From Marsupella aquatica (Eukaryota; Plantae; Marchantiophyta): a stretch of 64,000 nt of DNA. This document shows, in pieces, positions 63,046 to 64,000 of this stretch. Each line of letters opens with the position of its first letter. The first letter of the stretch is position 1. Position numbers and translations under genes: made by a program. The notes under the pieces were generated by a model that saw only the letters and a program-made list of their open reading frames with translations, ran no database searches and was not told the origin of the DNA. The DNA is taken from positions 12,502,828-12,566,827 of the forward strand of contig OZ316894.1 of assembly GCA_973895155.1 (NCBI GenBank). The letters run 5' to 3'.

Positions 63046-64000
63046 TGCAAATTTTCTCTCGTCTCTTTGCATTCAACAGCAGGGATTCTTGCAGCGTGGA
63101 TTCGAGTGCAATTCTACTGCAATATTACATTTCTCGTTACTATGAGTATTATTACAGATTGCTTTCGAATGGCAAGGTTCAATAATGATGTATGTCTCCT
63201 AGGGTTTCTTTCCTTCCTAAGAGATCACGCAGGTAATTAGCTTAGACACAATCTAGGGTTAGAAACACTGACCTTCATTATTTTTTCGGCAAACAAAATG
63301 GTACTTGATAGTTTGCTTGTATGGAAACGTTTACTCACTGAGGCCCTTTAGATAGACTGCAGAGCTCAGATGAAGGATATCCATACATGGCTTATAGAAG
63401 TGAAGTATGCAATACGGTTTCCTCCTGTCCAAGGCACGGAGACTGAAGACTAGTTCTAGTCCAATTTCAGTAGTGATGGTCCCTGGGGAGAACCCAATTC
63501 CCCTCAACACAGTTTGGAAGAACTACCCACTTCCCTTCCTAACCTTAGTGACACCTTTTAACCAACGTGGGCGAAAGTACAATTGAAAGATATGGCGAGT
63601 CCAGCAGGAGGTACCATGGGTGGACTGCACCCAAAGAAACTCTATCAGGATTCATTGGAAAATTTTGATTCATCACTTAGGCAATTGGTTTCCAAGGATG
63701 ACCTCGGTCATTTCCATGCACATGAAATTTGCCGACTATTTGTTCAGACAGGCTCTTCAAAACTTGATTGGAGGCCAGTTTAGAGTGAGTAGAAGTCTTG
63801 TTTTATCTTTGTTCAAAATCCGCTGTGTCCATGTTCCAGATTGAATGTAAGTGTCTCGAAGAAAGGAACAAAAGTCTCTACAGTAAATCTTGGAGATGCA
63901 AGAGTGGTGACCGTGATCCATGTTTATTCGGTCCCAGAGCCAATCTCATTCAAAGCAGCCTGACTTGCAGAGAGATTGGGAGACTTTGAAGGTATAAGAC

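Overview
Plant nuclear DNA, probably a bryophyte or liverwort (inferred from spliced plant-type genes, a TTTAGGG-type telomere motif and the TE types). Most of 852-33740 is a nest of LTR retrotransposons. An outer Ty3/gypsy element has a 4.5-kb, gene-containing 5' LTR (852-5395), and its gag-protease region is split by a DNA-methyltransferase-encoding Ty3/gypsy element (8048-28469). That element in turn contains a very young Ty1/copia (10132-16699) and a 4.2-kb solo LTR (18694-22886). Further solo LTRs and MITEs follow, then a ZIM-like TIFY-CCT-GATA gene (minus strand, 44157-40226), a second un-nested copy of the DNMT element (49138-58692) and an OXA1/YidC insertase gene (59360-63045). The most striking system is the DNMT element, present twice. 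It encodes Gag-PR-C5 cytosine methyltransferase, then a conserved leaky-stop signal (TAG CAATCA), then RT-RNaseH-DDE integrase-PHD finger. It has no tRNA PBS but a self-complementary 11-12 nt primer site. Instead of two LTRs it has split repeats A...B-A-B with 4-bp TSDs. This layout is what a 2-LTR circle would give if the integrase opened it at an internal palindromic GACA-NN-TGTC site. All mechanisms are inferred from sequence; no searches were run.
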